Assembly (NCBI RefSeq): GCF_009914755.1 | Contig: NC_060939.1 | Source of the DNA: the human T2T-CHM13v2.0 reference genome, Homo sapiens | Length of the DNA: 64,000 nucleotides | Reading direction: 5' to 3' (one strand) | Shown: piece after piece, positions 41,488 to 55,620 of the stretch | Layout of the letters: each line of letters opens with the position of its first letter | Position numbering within the stretch: position 1 is the stretch's first letter | Program-made: the position numbers and the translations under genes | The notes under the pieces: model-generated | What the model was told of the DNA's origin: nothing | Seen by the model: the letters and a program-made list of their open reading frames with translations, nothing else | Database searches by the model: none

Positions 41488-41907
41488 CTTTAACAAGGCT
41501 CTGAACATCCAGACCATGTAGCCAACAGCCCCTTGGCCACATTAAAATCATTAACTGGGAGGCCATTAGACTAAAGCAGCTCCAGCTCCCTGGGTTCCTA
41601 CATGAGCAAACCAAAACCTAATTCAGTGTAAATGGTAAAACTAACCTTAAGCTTCACCACTCAGAAACGGCCAAGCAACCTCTCACCAGGCAATCTCCAC
41701 TGGAGTAATCCAAATAAGGCTATGGCTCCACATTAATTAATCAATCATTTTCTTTGACTCACTTCCAGGTTCACCCTGTAAGTCTTCCCCCCTCGTGCTC
41801 CTTCAGCAGAGCCCCCAAATGCTTGCAGTCTGGAGTTACCCAATTAATGAATCAGTCTGCTCAAATAAAGTCTTTACATTTTAATGTGCTTCAGTTTATC
41901 TTTTAAA
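41488..41907 (+). mobile_element. ERV1-class solo LTR (MER31/MER67-like)
   Basis: taatccaaataaggc, tgctcaaataaagtcttta..ttttaatgtgcttcagtttatctttt terminus. Confidence 0.6.
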
Positions 41908-42264
41908 GGCTACCAAGAGGAACTGAGGAAGAATCAGTCTCTGCATAGAAGCAACACTCTTCAACAGGCATGCAACAGCAGCAACTGGGCACCTGTCAGA
42001 CGAAAGCACTATGAGCTGTGTGGGACTCCAGAAACTAACAGCAGCACAGAACACTAGTGATGCTGTGGGTCCCCCAGAAGCATTTCCACAAGAGGAGCTT
42101 CACTGGACTCTCACTGAATGCCTCCGAGAAGTCTGTTGAGCAGAAACAATTACCCCCAATTAATACATGAATATAACTGGGGCTCAGGGAGTTTACATAA
42201 ATAGGTAGGTAGATATCCTTCATTCAGTATTCTCCGCAGGACAGGCATTACAGTGTCCATTTCC

Positions 42265-42425
42265 ATGAATAATCTTTCAATCCTCACAAGAGTCCTATGG
42301 TGTCCACCTTAAAGAGGAAAAACTCCGAAGTTTGGAGAGATTATGTGATGTGCCCAAGGTCATTAAGCCAGCAGTGGGATGGGGTCCCACACTCAGGTCT
42401 TCTGGCCTCAAGTCCAGAGCTCTGT
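42265..42425 (-). mobile_element. MIR
   Basis: aatcctcacaa..cctatg..gaggaaaa..gcccaaggtca. Confidence 0.65.
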
Positions 42426-45297
42426 CTACAACTCAGCAAAGGCCAAATTTTATCCCCAAGCCTCCTAGAAACTCCTAAGTAGTCACTAACACAGCATATA
42501 TCCTTTATAGGCTTGTCAGAGCCCCCAGATAGACACAATGACACAACATGTTAAGTGGCATGCTTCAAAGAAGGAAAATATGAGTCTGCATGTTAATTTG
42601 GGAAAGCCTATTCCCAGTAAATAAGTGTTTAAGGCCTGGACTTCAGGGAGTTTCCAGGATGGATGGTACATAGAAATAGGCAGGGGTGGGAGGTCAGACT
42701 TTCCCTAGAGTTGAATTTTTTCTTGAATATTTTGGTCCAATTTATGGTAAATTCTGTTTATACACAAGGCCTTCTGAAGTGGATTTTAATCTCTCAATCT
42801 GGAGTTAGAGCACGCAGCAGCAACTGCCTTATAAACTGCAGAGGAAGTGAAAGATGATAGCTGTAATATAACCGTTTCATTCAGCATAATAGGAAATAAA
42901 GTGGAATGGGTGATTGGAGCAGATACGGCACAGAGCAAGTACCAAGCATTACTCACACTCTTGAAATGATCACAATTACATGCATCTCCTCATGACTTGG
43001 GCAAAATAACCCATGAAAGAATATCTGCTGAATGTGAAGTTGGGGGAACAGGAGGTTTTTAGGAGGGGAACAGGATTCATTACACTCTACATCTTAAAGA
43101 CACAAATCCACTTGACCAAGGGATGTCTGTGCATTAGCTCCAGTGCACCTCGGAATCCCTGGAGGATGATACAGCACTTCACAACTGAGCCATGGGATGA
43201 GAGGCTGGTTTGGATCTCTGTCCTGGACAAGAGAGCCTGCTACACCCAGGCTGGTTAAAGCAGTAATCCTGGAGATGCCAGTAGGAACTCCCACATGGCC
43301 TCTGATTTCTTTACTCTTTATACTGAGAATGGGTATGACTGAGTTATCCAAATGAGGTCTCTTCTTGGAAGATGCAGCATCTGCTTTGAGTGTGCCTGCA
43401 AGCCCTACCCTCCTGCACTCACTGTAAATAAAGTGCAGCACCACATACTCTGGTCAAGGAAGGGCTCTGTTCGGAGACAACTGCTGTATTGCATCTATGG
43501 TGGCATAAGAGAAGTCTGTAAATTTCCAGCAGTCCTAAAGAGCAGATGATAAGGTCACAGAAGACAGTGACTCAAGGCCAACGTCATGCAACTCGCAGGT
43601 CTTCCCTACGCTGCAGCCCTGAGCTCTGGGCTTATCCCCAGAAGTCCCACCTCTTATAAGCTTTACCGGGAGCCTAAAATCATGAGAAACCTCAGGCTTC
43701 CTGGATAAAGACCAAGAGAGCATGCCAAAGAGGACACCGTTTCTCTAAACCCAACCTGTGAAGGAAGACCTGGGATAAATTACTTGACCCTCTGCTAAGG
43801 AAATATGTCCAGTGGGGGAATATCTGTCACCTGCCAACTTAAAGCCCTTCAGAATCTGTCTGCCACCTTGGGTATGCAGTGCACACCCCACCAAGCACCA
43901 ACCCCAAGGGTGCTCCACTTCCAAAAGCCTCTGTGGTTCAACTTGTTTGAGATGCACTCCCAGGTCCAACCTCCTCTTGGAGACTCACAGTGCATGCAAG
44001 CATTGTAAAGGCTCTGAGAAGTCCCAAAGTACATAAATCCACTCCTCCTGCAAATTCCTTTTGATTTGAGCATCCCGTCATCAATTTTGCAAAGCATGGT
44101 GAGCTAATTTATTGAGAGAATCTGATACATTTCCATGCTGGTGGAAGAGTCCAATAAAAGAGAGCTCTGCTCCCCATCTTAGGCCATTGTGTTGCAGACA
44201 TGGGACTTCCTTTGTGTCTAAGGTCAAGTTTAAATATCTTTGCATTTAAAAAAATTAACTGGCACAAGAAGTAGAGTGGGGCTCTAGAGTTTGAGGGAGG
44301 TAGACTTCAGCATCAAGTCCTAATGAGAAGAGATTTATCGAACAAGAAGAGGCCTCTAGCTTGGAGTTTAGAGTTTCTGTCTTGAGAAGGGACAGTCTCT
44401 GAGTGAGGGGATGGTGGACATACAGGTCCTGTGCACCTGCAGCTAAGCCTCAGGAAAGACTCAAATGGACAAGTCTGGCTGGAAATGGGGAAGCTACCCC
44501 CCGCCACACACAAACACACACCACCACCACCATCAAAAGGGGCCATGCTGGCTTAGAAACTGAGCATGAGTGGAATTTAGTGTGCACCAATTACAGAAAG
44601 CCCTCCTCAAGCGTTCCAGTATGTGTCAGTTCCCTGCAACCTTCCCACGGTGGGTGAGTAGGAGGACGATGCCCCTTAGATAATTATGCTTAAATTTTCT
44701 ACCTCACAAGTGCATGGTAGGTTCAGTCAGATTTAATTAGATTTGCAGAAACAGAGTAATAAGACTTTCCTTACACTTCAGTCTCACTGTGACTGCATAT
44801 TCAAACTGCACCCCAGGAGTTACACATACCAACACTCCATGGAATTTGTTTCCTGCATATTACTCATTAGGAAATGCTTGAGAGGTTTGACTTTGTTCTT
44901 TTCCCCAAATCTTTACCTCCTTTCCATCCCTCTGTAAATAAGTTGAGGAAAAACGTTATTCTAGTAATTAAATAAATATGACCTCAAATAGAGCTGAATG
45001 TCAACATTCTTTCAAACATCTGCACCAAAAGTAAAAACCTGATTTGGCCTTTTTCATTTCACATTTTGGAATACCTGGATATTTGACCTCTCACACAGAC
45101 AGCCAAATTTTCTTCCATTAATTTCTTCACTACTTTGACCTGAACGAAAATTTTTGAATCTATTCACCCGTTTTATGAAAGTAAATTACCATGAATTGAG
45201 TTTTTAAAATAATCTTAGGATTAAAGTCCTAGAAAAAAATGTTCATGATATATTGATAAGCAAAATGTAAGTCAACAAACAGAATGCTCCACATATA

Positions 45298-45926
45298 CAG
45301 TCATGTTCTATAAAGTTGCTGCCAACACTGAATTAGCAAATATCGAACCACTGCTCCTAAAGGAAACAAAGGATTAGGTTCCTGTGAGCCTCTGGTCACA
45401 ATATTTTTATTAATAGATTAATACATAATCTTTGTTTCTTGTGTTTCTGCTTAAATAAGCCTTATTTAGTATACATTATTGCTTCACTAACTGGAACTCA
45501 CTACTGACAGCACTGTAACTTGCTTAGGTCTGAAGGAAACTTATCTAATACACATGACTTTCTCTGTGCAGTACACTACAGCCATCCTGAGTGCAGGAAC
45601 ACTAGCCAGCACTTCAGCACTACTCTTGGGGGCCATTTCAAAAGGCAAGAACACCAGCAAAAACACAGAAATGCAAAATATGCGACACTAAACAGACAAT
45701 GAAAACCACATTTGTTTACAATATGAGAGCTCCAACAGTAAGGCAGAGCTTCTCTGTATTCAGCCTCAGCTGGGAATGTGGTCCTCAGAAAACTCAAACA
45801 TTTTGCCTCTCTGCACATGTCTGTGAATGGCCATGACAATGGCATGAGTATTGATTTGGCGGCTACAAAAAAATTTCAATAAGTGAATTTGCAAATACAG
45901 AATCCACAAATAATGAGAAACAACAG
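45298..45926 (-). mobile_element. MER82-like TcMar-Tigger DNA transposon
   Basis: TA-flanked; cagtcatg..gaattagcaaata...gcaaatacagaatccacaaataatgag..caacag; internal cctcagctgggaa. Confidence 0.8.
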
Positions 45927-47145
45927 TACTATTTTTATAATCATAAAGAATGTTATTAAACTTAAAATCTTGGCCCTCATGGGATGACAAGAATAGTGAT
46001 TGTAGTATACACATACTCAGTGTGTTCTGAGCAGCACAATCCAAATTTCTCTCCTTATATTAGACACAATTGCTCCATTTTGCTGATAATGAACACAATT
46101 GGATTTTCCCTTCTGATTCTACCCTTTTCCATTGATCCTATAGACATCACAAGAAACAAATGTGGCCCCATTTTCTTTTATCATAAATTTATGATTATAA
46201 GAAGACACTCCCCCATTTTCCCAATGTGAAAATTTTAATATAGGATCCTTAAATGATGCAAATAAGCTTGCAATATTTTAGAACAAGTAGCCAATGTAGT
46301 TGCACATAATTTTAACCTTACAAATCACAGAATAAGGTGTTATTTTTAAAAGATTGCTTTTTTTTGCTAAGTATTTCATAAGAGAATTTTATTCAAACTG
46401 CTCACATATTTTAACGTCCATTTCTCCAGCATCCCTGGAACCAGATTTTTAACCATTATATGCCATTTTGCATTTATGTCCGCTTCCCTTCTAAGTTGCT
46501 ATACACACTTTTAAAACATATAAATGGGACAATCACTCTAATTTTTATCCCAAGCTTCAAGTATCCACTGGCACAACATTAGGATAGTGCTATGCCTCAA
46601 ATCTCCTGTGGCGATCTGACAAAATATTTCTTTTTAACGTGTCCTTCAAAAGCTAATCTACAATTAATGACATTTCAAATGCTGAAGTCTTCTTCCTAAG
46701 GATGATTACTACTCAAGTATTAATATTCTTTCCCACTCCCACTCTTCTTCTCCCATTCTTCCTGGTGACCTATGAGAGTATCCTAAACTAGAATTGATTG
46801 AAATCATTTAAGGCTAAGTGTGTCTTCCTTACACAATTCATATTGTTCAAAGTAAAACAACTAAGATACTGTCCTATAATAGAAGATAATTTGTAAGGAT
46901 TTGAATATTGGGCAACTCCTTCCTTTCGGAAAAATAATTCAAGGGAGGGGAGGAGGAAAATCTTCCTTACATCTGGGCACATATTATAATTTTATTCCAA
47001 GAAACTAACAAAGCCTCTCCATAGGCCACGGGCCCCTCCTAGAAAATCTGACCTCCTATTTCCCAAACCTTGATAAACCATGCCTTTATCCATGTATCTG
47101 GTGGTGAGGAAAAGCTAGCAGGGAATTAGTACACAGGGTGATGGA

Positions 47146-49985
47146 ACTGGATATTAGATTTTTGTCAGGTAATAGTTTGCAAATATTTTCTCTCATTCTG
47201 TGGGTTGTCTGTTTAATCTGTTGATAGTTCCTTTTGCTGTGCAAAAGCTCTTTAGTTTATTAGGGCCCACTTGTCAATTTTTGGTCTTGTGGCAATTGCT
47301 TTTGAGGACTTAGTCATAAATTCTTTGCAAGGCTATGTGCTGAATGGTATTCCCTGGATTTTCCTCTAGGATTTTTATTGTTTGAAGTCTTACATTTAAA
47401 TCCTTGATTCATCTTGAGTTAATTTTTGTATATGGTGATAAGTAGGGGTCCAATTTTACTCTTTTTGGTTTCATGTGAATTTTAGAATAGTTTTTTTCTA
47501 ATTCTGTGAAGAATGACATTTGTAATTTGATAGCACTGAATCCATAGATTGCTTGGGGCAGTACGGCCATTTTAACAATATTAATTCTTACAATATACAA
47601 GCATGGAATGTTTTCCCATTTGTTTGTGTCATCTCTGATTTCTTTCAGCACTGTTTTGTAGTTCTTTTTGTGGAGATTTCACCTTCTTGATTAGATGTAT
47701 TCTTTGGTATTTTATTTTTTGACACTATTGTAAAAGGGATTGGGTTCTTAACTTGGCTCTCAGCTTGAATGTTATAGATGGATAGACATGCTACCAATTT
47801 TTGTACATTGACTTTGTGTCCTGAAACCTTGATGAAGTCATTTATCAGGTCAAGGAATTTTTTGGATGAGTCCTTAGGGTTTTCTAGGTATAGAATTATA
47901 TCATCAGCAAAGACATGATTTGAAATCTTATTTTTCCTATCTGGACGCTTTTTATTTCTCTTGCCTGATTGCTCTGGCTAGGACTTCCAGTACTGTTATT
48001 TAGGAGTAGTGAGAATGGGCATCTCTGGCTTATTTTTGTTCTTAAAGGGAGTGCATCCATCTTTTGCCTGTTCAGTATGATGTTGGCTATGGGTTTGTCA
48101 TAGATGGCATGAGGTATGTTTCTTCAATGCCAAGTTTGTTGAGGGTTTTTATCATGAAGGGATGTTGGGTTTTGTGGAAACTTTTCTCTGTGTCTATTGA
48201 GATAATCATATGGTTTTTGTTTTTAATTCTTTATGTTTGTGAGTCACATATATTTTCATATGTTGAACCAACCCTGCATCCCAGGAAGAAAGCCTACTTG
48301 ATTGTGATAAAATAACTTTTTGGTGTGCTGGTGGATTCAGTTTGCTAGTATTTTGTTGAGGATTTATGCATCTATGTGCATCAGATTGGCCTGTGGTTTT
48401 CTTTTTTCATTGTGTCTTTGCATACAATCAGTTAGGGAAGAGTTCCTCCTCCTCGATTTTTTGGAATAATTTCAGAGTTCGTACCAGCAATTTTCCGTTA
48501 TGTCTGGTAGAATACAGCTGTGAATGTATCTGGTTCAGGGCTTTTTATGGTTCACTTCTGACTGATTCGATTTTGGAATCTGATATTGGTCTGTTCGAGA
48601 TTTTAATTTCTTCCTGATCCAATCTTGGGAAGTTGTGTTTCCAGGAATTTGGCCATTCCTCTACATTTTCTAGTTTGTATGCATAGATGTGTTCATAATA
48701 GTCTCTGAGGACCTTTTGTATTTCTCTAGAATTGATTATAATATCACTTTTGTCACCTCTGTGCTTACTTTTTACAGTCTATCAAGCTTGCTTATTTTTT
48801 CAAAGAGCCAACCTTTGGTTTTATAAACCTTTTGTATGGAATTTTGGGTCTCAATTTCATTCTGTTCTGCTCTGATTTCAGTTATTTATTTTCTTCTGCT
48901 AGCTTCGGGGTTAGTTTGCTCTTGCTTTTTAAGTTCCTCTAGGTGTGATGTTAGAGTGTTAATCTGAGATCTAAATTCTTAATGTAGGCATTTAGAACTA
49001 TAAACTTTCCTCTTAATACTTTTGTTGTATCCAGAGATTTTGCTATGTCATGTTTCTGTTTTCATTTATTTCAAATACTTTTTTAGTTTCTGCCTTAATT
49101 TTGTTGTTTACCCAGAAGTCATTCAGGAGCAAGTTGCTTAATTTCCTTGTAATTTTGTGGTTTTGAGAGATCTTCTTAGTCTCTTCTTCCTGGTATTGAT
49201 TTCTACTTTTATTCCACTGTGGTCCAAAAGTATGGCTGGTATGATTCCGATTTTTTTAACATATTGAAATGCTTTATGGCTTAACATGTGGTTGATCTTA
49301 CAGTACGTTTTATGTGCAAATGAGAAGAATGTATATTCTGTAGTTGATGGATGGAGTGGTTGGTAGATATCTATTAGGTCCAATTAGTCAAGTGTCGAAT
49401 TTAAATCTAGTACTTCTTTGTTAGTTTTTTGCCTCAATGATGTGTTGAACACTGTCAGTGGAGTGTTGAAGTTTCCCACTATTACGGTGTGGACTATATA
49501 AGACTTTTCATTGGTCTGGAAGTACTTGCTTTATAAATCTGGGTGCTCCGATGTTGGGTATTTATATATTTAGGTTAGTTAAGTCTTTTTGTATTGAATC
49601 CTTTATCATTACATAATGCCCTTCTTTGTCCTTTTTTTACTGTCGTTAGTCTGTTTTATCTGATATAAGAATAACGATCCCTGCTCTTTTTTCATTTGTG
49701 TGATAGATCTTTCTCTACCTCTTTACTTTGAGCCTATGGGCATTGTTACAAGTAAGATAGGTCTCTTGAAGATGGCAGATGAATGGGTCTTACCCTTTTT
49801 TTTTTTTTTTATCCAACTTGCCACTGTGTGCCTTTTAAGTGGAGCATTTAGACTATTTACATTCAAGGTTAATATTGATATGTGAGGTTTTGATCTTATT
49901 GTGGAGTTGTTAGCTGGTTACTTTGTAGTTTCTACTGTGTAGTTTCTTTTTAGGGTCTATGGACTACGTACTTAAGTTTCTTGTG
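47146..49985 (-). mobile_element. LINE-1 ORF2 segment (L1PA13-16/L1PB-like) lacking 3'UTR, with internal deletions
   Basis: ORF 47409..47651 ([16 protein letters not shown]) and ORF 49138..49383 (DLIDIY..TEYTFFS, endonuclease domain). Confidence 0.9.
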
Positions 49986-50001
49986 TGAAAACCCATTTTT
50001 T

Positions 50002-50073
50002 AAAAAATATGGAATGCTTCATGAATTTGTCATCCTTGTACAGGGGCCATGCTAATCTCTGTATTGTTCCAAT
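50002..50073 (-). pseudogene. 5'-truncated, essentially tailless U6 snRNA pseudogene
   Basis: aaaatatggaatgcttcatgaatttg..catccttgtacaggggccatgctaatct..gtattgttccaat is the reverse complement of the U6 3' two-thirds; 15-bp TSD tgaaaacccattttt at 49986-50000 and 50073-50087. Confidence 0.92.
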
Positions 50074-50089
50074 GAAAACCCATTTTTGA

Positions 50090-50860
50090 ATGGCCAAAAA
50101 AATTACTCTATGAACAGCCTCTCTAAAGAAGAGGTTCATATGGCAAAGAAACCTACAAAGAGATGCTCAGAGTCATGAGGAAAATAATCAAAACCACAAA
50201 GACATACCACTATATACATATTAGAATGGCTAATTTTTTAAGTGACAATACTTAGAGCTGGTGAATACATGAAGCAACTGGAACTCTCCTAAATAGTACT
50301 TAGTATTGGTAGGGATGAAAAATGGTGCAGCTACTTTAGACAAGAGTTTGGTAGTTTTTATAAAAGTAAACCTCCACCTGCCATATGACCCAGAAATCCC
50401 ACTACTAGGTATTTACACCAGAGAAGTAAAAACATACATTCACACAAAGATCTGAATGTTAATGCTCATACATACTTGATTTGGAATTGCCAACAATTAG
50501 TAAATGACCCAAATGTTCCTCAACTGGTGAATGGATAAACAAATTTTGATATATCCATGCACTAAAATGTTACTAAAATAAAAAAAAGAAGAACTTATGC
50601 TGAAACCACATGAGTGAATCTCAAAGCATGTTATGTGAAAGCAGCTAGATACAAAAGCCATCATGCTATCTGATGCCATTTATACAATCCGGAAAAAGTA
50701 AAACTATAAGGAGAGAAAATAGATAAGTGATTATCAGAGGCTGGGAATGAAAAAAGGAGGCTGACTACAAAGAGGCAAAAGGTAACTTTATAGGGGATTC
50801 AGTGGTTATTACACAATTGAAAATTTTACTGTATGTAAATGATTCCTCAATAAATCTGAC
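50090..50860 (+). mobile_element. L1MB/ME 3' end
   Basis: atatgacccagaaatcccactactaggtattta..caactggtgaatggataaacaaa. Confidence 0.8.
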
Positions 50861-53668
50861 ATCTCAAGGTTACTATGGGCAGCATAGCAGGCTATCTAAA
50901 CTGTTTATCAAACAGAGAAGAAAGAATAATGAAAAACTCATAACTTCCTGGAAACATGTCTGGCCATCTCCCTTCAAAGATGCTAAAGTCTCTACAAGTT
51001 CAGACAAGGCCTTGGTTGAACTGTTTCTTATGGGAAAAGCATTTAATATTATCATCCACCCCAAATACTAAGTGATGATATTATCTTTCCCTACTAGGGA
51101 GAGATATTTCAAGTATAAATGTGATTTTAATTAGATGCTCCTCTTTCCAACCCAGTTATGAATTCAGTTTCACCCATGTAAGAAGTAGATGGGAGAACTT
51201 GATTAAAGCCAGTCACTGGGAAAACAGCATTAGCATAGATGTGGAACCTCAGAAGCATATAACAGGTATACTTTTATAACCTTGTCCATGACATTGACAA
51301 TTATGATCTCAATGGGCATTTCTATTTTGCCTTTTCAGTAAGTTCATAATATACTACAAAAAGTCCACTTGATTAATGTTCAATTTTAAAATATGAGATC
51401 AAAGAAACACAAAAACCTATTCAAATGCTGTGCTAAGATGCTCTGTCTTCAATAATACTGAATTAGTACGAGCTTTTGGCTATTGACTTCATTACTTTGA
51501 CAGCTGAAATAACATGTTCATGCCTTACGTCTGTCTTGACTGTTTGGGGTTAGAAAAAGAATGCCAGGTTATGCATGGTATTTTCTAAATTAACTTGAGC
51601 TCTGCATTTGTCTACAGGCCTACGAGGTTCAATCCGTAGGCTTGGTACCTGAGGAGGTGGCAGGCACAAGTGGAAGTTTCCGCTTGGCTAGGTGCCATTG
51701 TCATAAGAAGCCAGTGTCACCTCTTGTAAAGGAATTATTTAATCTTTTAAAACAGATTCAGTAATAAATTCTACCCTGAAAGAGATAAATTAGTGCATAA
51801 AGTACAAAAAGTAATCCCTTTGATAAGCATGCTATCATGCTTATCTATTTTCTGTCATGACTGTGAAATCAGAGTGAAAATTTAACACTGATTATAAACA
51901 TCTTAAAATTTAAAGTTGCAAGAAAAAAAAAGAGGTAGTGATGGTGATGAAAATTGCAGTGTCATGGCTAGTTCAGAAAAACTTCTTCAGAGTGCTGCAG
52001 GCTTCCAGGAACAGCAGAGGGAGGGGCCGTGCCTGTCAGACCAGAAATAGCAGCAGGCCAAAGGGCCTGTTGTCCATTCCTCCCAAACCTCCACCAACAG
52101 AAAACCCCCTGGATGATCCGAGTAACCCGAACATCTTTCCTTTATTTCACTTATAAAAGAAAAGGCAAATTTCAACACAGGAAGTTAACCGTGACCTGGT
52201 GAACTGAACCCAGAAGATGGACTGCTCAAAATACCACGAAAAGACTGAAATGATTTAAGAAAATGACAAAGAAAAAGAGAAGGAGAGAGGAAGCCACGAT
52301 GAAGGAGAGCGAGCGATAAAATTTTGGAATCTGCAGAGCCCTGGGCCAAAAATGCAGGCACTCAATTTGGAGGGTGGGGGGCAGGAGCACAGCAGTTCTT
52401 CTCCTCTCTGACCCTTCCTGAGAGCTCACGGCCTGAACACACCTGTCATGGGTGGGGAAAAGGGCTTACGAACAGGTGTGCATTTCAGCCTGCAACAGAG
52501 GAGCTGTGAACCCCAGGATCCCATCCAACCCCATGCAGCAACTACCACCCTCCAAGCCCGCAGGGCCCATTCTGGAACAGCTAAAACAAAGAGGTCTGAT
52601 CTGCTCTGGAGATCAGGGAAATGGATACAGAAGTATAAGGCAGATGACTGGAAACAGGGATCAGGGAATGGTAGCGAGATCTGCCTTCCCACCCCTGTGA
52701 GTCACTGGCTGTGCCCCACCTACACACCAGCACGCATGTGCAGCCAGGCAAGAGAAACGACGCGCATGGGATTCCCTCCTCCAGAAGGAGGGAATTTCAC
52801 AGTATTTCATGGTATTTAACTTTTTCTCTGATTTGGTGAATTTATGAAAAGTGTCATCACGTGTCAGGAGCTGCATGGAGGACGAGGCTGTTTAGATTAT
52901 GTAATACTTGATAGAGACAATAAAACAGATATAATGTATGTCAGAGTTAAGAGGCATACTCACAAAACCAGTACCCCAACTCAACCACCAAGCTCAGAAA
53001 GAGACCACGCCCAACATAGGGAAACCCCTTAAGACCCCCTGACTGCACCCCTCTGCCTCTGCCTCAGAGGGAACAATTATTTCTAGTTTTCTGCTTATCC
53101 TTCTCATTTTTTTTTAAGAAAAAGATTTTTTTCAGATTACGTCTGTATTCCTAAACAATATACTCTTTAGCTTTGCTTGCATATTAGCGTGATAAAAATG
53201 GTATCATCCCATATTACTGACTCTGAAGTTTTGAGGCTCACTGTCACCCATCCATTTCATGATGGTGGCAGCTTTGGGTCATTGATTTTGACAGTTGTAT
53301 CATATCCCACTGAGTAAATATACCCAGCTTTTATTCATCTATTTTCCGATGGTTGGACATCTACATTATTCTCATTCTGGCTACTACACCAAGGCAGCTA
53401 AAGACATTCTGTTGTACATGCTTTTTTAGTACTCAGCGGCAGGAATTTCTCCTGGGTATATAATCAGTGGGTTCATAGGACTTACTTACATTTAAGTTTA
53501 TAAGATAGGCTCTTTGAAGTGCTTGTATCAGCTTACACTCATGCCAGCAGTGTAAGTTCTTTCTGTTTTTATATTTCTGAGTACTTGATCTTATCAAATT
53601 TCTTAATTTTTATAAATTGAAGAGTATTTAAAAAGTATCATATGATGTCTTAATTTTCATTTTCTTGA

Positions 53669-53992
<324 letters not shown>

Positions 53993-54078
53993 GAAAATTA
54001 GTATTTTCAATTAAAGGCAGCCAAGAAATTTCTAAGAAATGTAGTCAAGAAAATAAACTCAACCCATACTATTGAGTT

Positions 54079-54159
54079 TTTCCTCTTTTTTACTATTTAT
54101 GTTTCCACCTATGAGAAATTTCCTCTTTTTTACTATTTATGTTTCCACCTATGAGAAAT
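54079..54159. repeat. Perfect 40-bp tandem duplication
   Basis: tttcctcttttttactatttatgtttccacctatgagaaa x2. Confidence 0.95.
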
Positions 54160-54301
54160 GTCTATTTGTATCTTTTTTCCTCTTCCATTAGGTTGTTTTT
54201 CTGAATTTATAATGGTTCTTTATACACGCTGGATACTAATCCTTTTCCAGCTGTACATGTTACATCTACATGTTTTAGATTTGTCTCTTCCTATTTTATA
54301 G

Positions 54302-54679
<378 letters not shown>

Positions 54680-54859
54680 TAAAAATGTCAAGTCTACCAA
54701 AAGCAGTCTATAGCTTCAGTCAACTTCCAGTCAAAATCCCAACTGGTTTTTAAGGTAAGTTACCTTGTAATTCACCTTCCTGTTTGAGTCAATAATTATT
54801 TTGTGCAAAAATCAACATGGAATGGAATAAGCAGCCTTTCCTACACCTGGAATAGTGGA

Positions 54860-55055
54860 GCAGGCCTGAGTCACATGGAAGCAGGTTTGAGTCTGAGTCC
54901 TATGTTCACCAGCTCTGCACTTGAGCAGAGTACTTCTCAAAGTGTCTATTTTCCTGTTTTTATTGGAGATAAGAATAACTAATGATAGCATCGCTAAGCG
55001 AGATAACATATACAAACTCTTCTAGAGTCATGGTACATAGTAGGTGCTCAGTAAC
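54860..55055 (+). mobile_element. MIR
   Basis: ttgagcag..ttttcctg..ggtacatagtaggtgctcagtaa. Confidence 0.6.
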
Positions 55056-55444
55056 GTGCAGACTGCCTTCTTCCCCATGCTTCCCTTTGTCTCACCATCC
55101 TCCCTTGAAGCATAGGGCTATATGGGCTTCCTGAGCCCAGCAGCCCAGCCCCCGTTAGAAAAGAGAGGCTCCCAGAGACCCTGCCCTTGGCTGGACACCC
55201 TGAAGTTCTCATGGGGGACTGAGCTGCAGATGCCTGCAGGGACTGGGTACCTGGGCATGGAGGAGGCAAATAGTCAGGGCCCACAGGCCCAGGTCATCCT
55301 ACCCCCATCCACAGCCATGGAGACTGATTTAATAGTAATATTAAACATAATGAATAATAATAAATAATGCTATTTATTGTAAAACCACTTAGCAAAGTCG
55401 AAGTTGACCCTAAGATTAGTGTCACTTTCATTATTGTTATTTTT

Positions 55445-55620
55445 ACATGTCAGTTGCTTTACATGGATTATCTCATTTAATTCTCGTAACGACCCTATGA
55501 GATCAGTCTTACAATTTTTTTTTCTTGGCTTTTGACAGCCCAAGATGCAGAGGCTCAGATGGGACAAACAGGTTCCTTGTGCAGGGTCATGTGGGTACCA
55601 AGTGTTGGAGGCAGGATGAG
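55445..55620 (-). mobile_element. MIR
   Basis: tatctcatttaattctcgtaacgaccctatgag..gaggctcaga. Confidence 0.7.

Noticed and set aside
52181-52373. Purine-rich exon-like segment (EVNRDLVN*TQKM...)
   Set aside because: Two stops, weak splice sites, no partner exons.
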